Shown: piece by piece, positions 62,224 through 64,000 of the stretch
Layout of the letters: each line of letters opens with the position of its first letter
Position numbering within the stretch: position 1 is the stretch's first letter
NCBI GenBank assembly: GCA_963666975.2
Contig: CAXVYR010000003.1
Span: forward strand, 1,184,001-1,248,000
Reading direction: 5' to 3'
Source: Terriglobia bacterium
Lineage (GTDB): Bacteria; Acidobacteriota; Terriglobia; 2-12-FULL-54-10
DNA: 64,000 nucleotides
Notes under the pieces: generated by a model
The model's input: the letters and a program-made list of their open reading frames with translations, nothing else
Databases searched by the model: none
What the model was told of the DNA's origin: nothing
Made by a program: the position numbers and the translations under genes

Positions 62224-62551
62224 AGGAAATTAAAGCGATTGTGCAACCCTTCCGCGTTTCCAAGATTCTCGAGGCCTTGCAGCAAATTCCCCAACTGCCC
62301 GGTGTAACCGTCTCCGATGTCCGGGGCTTTGGGAGACAGCGGGCCGTGAATGCGCCGAATCTGGTCGTGGAAGGGATTATTTCTTATGCAAAAAAACCAA
62401 GCTGGAAATTGTGGTCGCCGATGAACTCGTGGAAGAGGTCATTCGGGACCATGCCCACACCGGCAATCTAGGCGACGGCAAGATTTTCGTGAGCACACTG
62501 GATGACATGTTTCGCATCCGCACGGGCGAACGCGGTGAACAAGCCATCTAG
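62220..62551 (+). pseudogene. P-II family protein associated with heavy-metal RND operons, frameshifted
   Basis: MKEIKAIVQPF, VRGFGR; A7 run at 62390-62396 is one A short of continuing KTKLEIVV...HTGNLGDGKIFV...RIRTGERG. Confidence 0.88.
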
Positions 62552-62728
62552 CGGAAGCCGCCGTCAATCTTCTTTTTGTAGGAAGAAATAATAGATGATT
62601 CCGAATTACGTTCCCGGTAGGTTTCCGAATCCAATAATATCGGCAACCGCCGCTTTTGCTGTCATCCTGAGCAACGCGAGAGCCTGCCCCGAGCCATGGA
62701 TATGGTCCACAAAAACTATAAAATCGCT

Positions 62729-63343
62729 CTAGTCCTTTGGTTTTTTCGGCGCCTTGAGAGGAATATTCATGCCTTCGGGTTCTTCCAGCACTACGATGGA
62801 ACCCCCGCGCCTCCCCAAACCAGCCACCCAGATAGAAAGTTCGGTTCCGACCAAATCTTCCACACGGGAAAAAGTTTCAAAAGGAGGGCCTTGCCGCTTC
62901 CACAACGAAGGCCGCCCTACCCGGAAACCCATCCGCCGCCCTCGCACCTCAATCCTCACCACATCTCCGCCGGAAAAACGGGTGCCCTCAACCCACTCAT
63001 CGAGAACTCCCGTCACGCGGGACAGGGGGGTAATCAGGCGGTCGCCCTTTCCATCCGGTCCGGAGTAGGCGATGCGTCCCCGTCGTTCGTCAATCTTGTA
63101 ACTGTTGCCTCCCGCGCGAAACTCCGTTAAGTTCTCTGAAACTCTGCCTCCCTCGATAGGAATAAATTTTTCCAGGCGCATCCATCCCCCGACGGAAGTC
63201 TCCGTGATCTCCAGCAAAATAGTCGTTCCAATCGTTTTCTTTTTCAGGCCCACCACCCCTTCATAGACCCTGCGATCCTGTGAGCGGGCCGGAAACGCCG
63301 CCAGTAGCAAGAAAAACAGCAGCCACAACGTTCGGAGTTTCAT
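62729..63343 (-). CDS. exported hypothetical protein
   Basis: GGAAGG RBS; MKLRTLWLLFFLLLAAFPARS signal peptide; beta-rich mature part. Confidence 0.7.
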   Translation of the reverse strand: MKLRTLWLLFFLLLAAFPARSQDRRVYEGVVGLKKKTIGTTILLEITETSVGGWMRLEKFIPIEGGRVSENLTEFRAGGNSYKIDERRGRIAYSGPDGKGDRLITPLSRVTGVLDEWVEGTRFSGGDVVRIEVRGRRMGFRVGRPSLWKRQGPPFETFSRVEDLVGTELSIWVAGLGRRGGSIVVLEEPEGMNIPLKAPKKPKD

Positions 63344-63502
63344 GCCAGCCTTCCTTTCTTCCGAGCAACGCGAAATCGGCATCCTGGATACAAATCTGGA
63401 TACAAATATTGTAATCAACCCACCGCGCCGTGATCCAGCAGATATTAGGTTCCATAGTAACAGGCAGCCGCCGCGCTGCGCTCCTGGGCCGGCAGAATCG
63501 TC

Positions 63503-63531
63503 TTGACAGGCTAAAGGGGTAATGTTAGACC
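63503..63531 (+). promoter_or_regulatory. promoter of the GntR gene (probably leaderless), with a possible FadR-type operator
   Basis: TTGACA-17 nt-TAGACC with extended TG; ATG 7 nt downstream; no SD. Confidence 0.5.
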
Positions 63532-63538
63532 TTTAACC

Positions 63539-64000
63539 ATGCACCGCTTCCAAAGCCTCCAGACCGCCCGCGTTTCCGACGAAATTGCCCGCCAAATCCG
63601 GCAGGTCATTTTCTCCGGCAAGCTGAAACCGGGAGACAAGCTGCCCACCGAGCGGGAGTTGGTGGAACAATTTCACAGCAGCCGCGTCTCTGTGCGCGAA
63701 GCTGTGCGCTCCCTGGAGCACTTGGGTTTGATCAAAATCAAGCGGGGCGCCGGAGGCGGGACCTACATCAGCGAGGCAAACCACCGGCCCGTAGCCGAAT
63801 CGTTTCGGGTGCGGATGCAGTTGAACAAGGGCACGGTGGATCATTTGACTGAGGCGCGCATCTTGCTGGAGCCCGCGGTGTGCCGTCTCGCCGCCAAGCA
63901 CGCCGACGCCAAGGACCTCGATCGTCTCAAGAAAACCGTGGAGGAGCAGGAAATGCTGGTCCGGGAAGGCAGAGAGGTTGCCTCCTACGATTTGAAATTT
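63539..64000 (+). CDS. FadR/GntR-family transcriptional regulator (partial, absent from the ORF track)
   Basis: IFSGKLKPGDKLPTERELVEQFHSSRVSVREAVRSLEHLGLI...GAGGG; EARILLEP starts the FCD domain. Confidence 0.92.
   Translation, partial: MHRFQSLQTARVSDEIARQIRQVIFSGKLKPGDKLPTERELVEQFHSSRVSVREAVRSLEHLGLIKIKRGAGGGTYISEANHRPVAESFRVRMQLNKGTVDHLTEARILLEPAVCRLAAKHADAKDLDRLKKTVEEQEMLVREGREVASYDLKF

Overview
Bacterial chromosomal window, most consistent with an Acidobacteriota genome (Oar-type TonB receptors, a Hanks-kinase remnant, Acidobacteria-like hypothetical proteins); the taxonomy is inferred. The housekeeping backbone is tlpA-like gene, GT2, two PTPS genes, folE, cobB, larC, metG, tatD, ispB, CYTH, gltA, rnr, carD, folK and ruvAB. 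It is interrupted by several accessory features. (1) An IS4 element splits an OLD-like ATPase/TOPRIM gene. (2) An IS1595 (IS1016-group) element lies upstream of a structured leader with a terminator, in front of an MgtE-N/CBS plus Nramp-related Mg2+ transporter operon; this leader is a candidate undescribed riboswitch. (3) An ~11 kb integrase-less island is bounded by tRNA-Leu(CAA) and a degenerate copy of its 3' part. It carries a TonB-dependent receptor, two divergent secreted amidohydrolases, a dienelactone hydrolase and a heme-c/Vgb beta-propeller protein; a paralogous receptor with two in-frame TAG codons lies just outside. (4) A Na+-pumping decarboxylase cluster lacks its biotin carrier. 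(5) A frameshifted glnA has a candidate sigma54 promoter. (6) A czcCBA-PII operon carries several lesions and is headed by a His-rich ORF ending in an RSPP arrest-like motif. All calls come from reading motifs by eye; no database searches were run.
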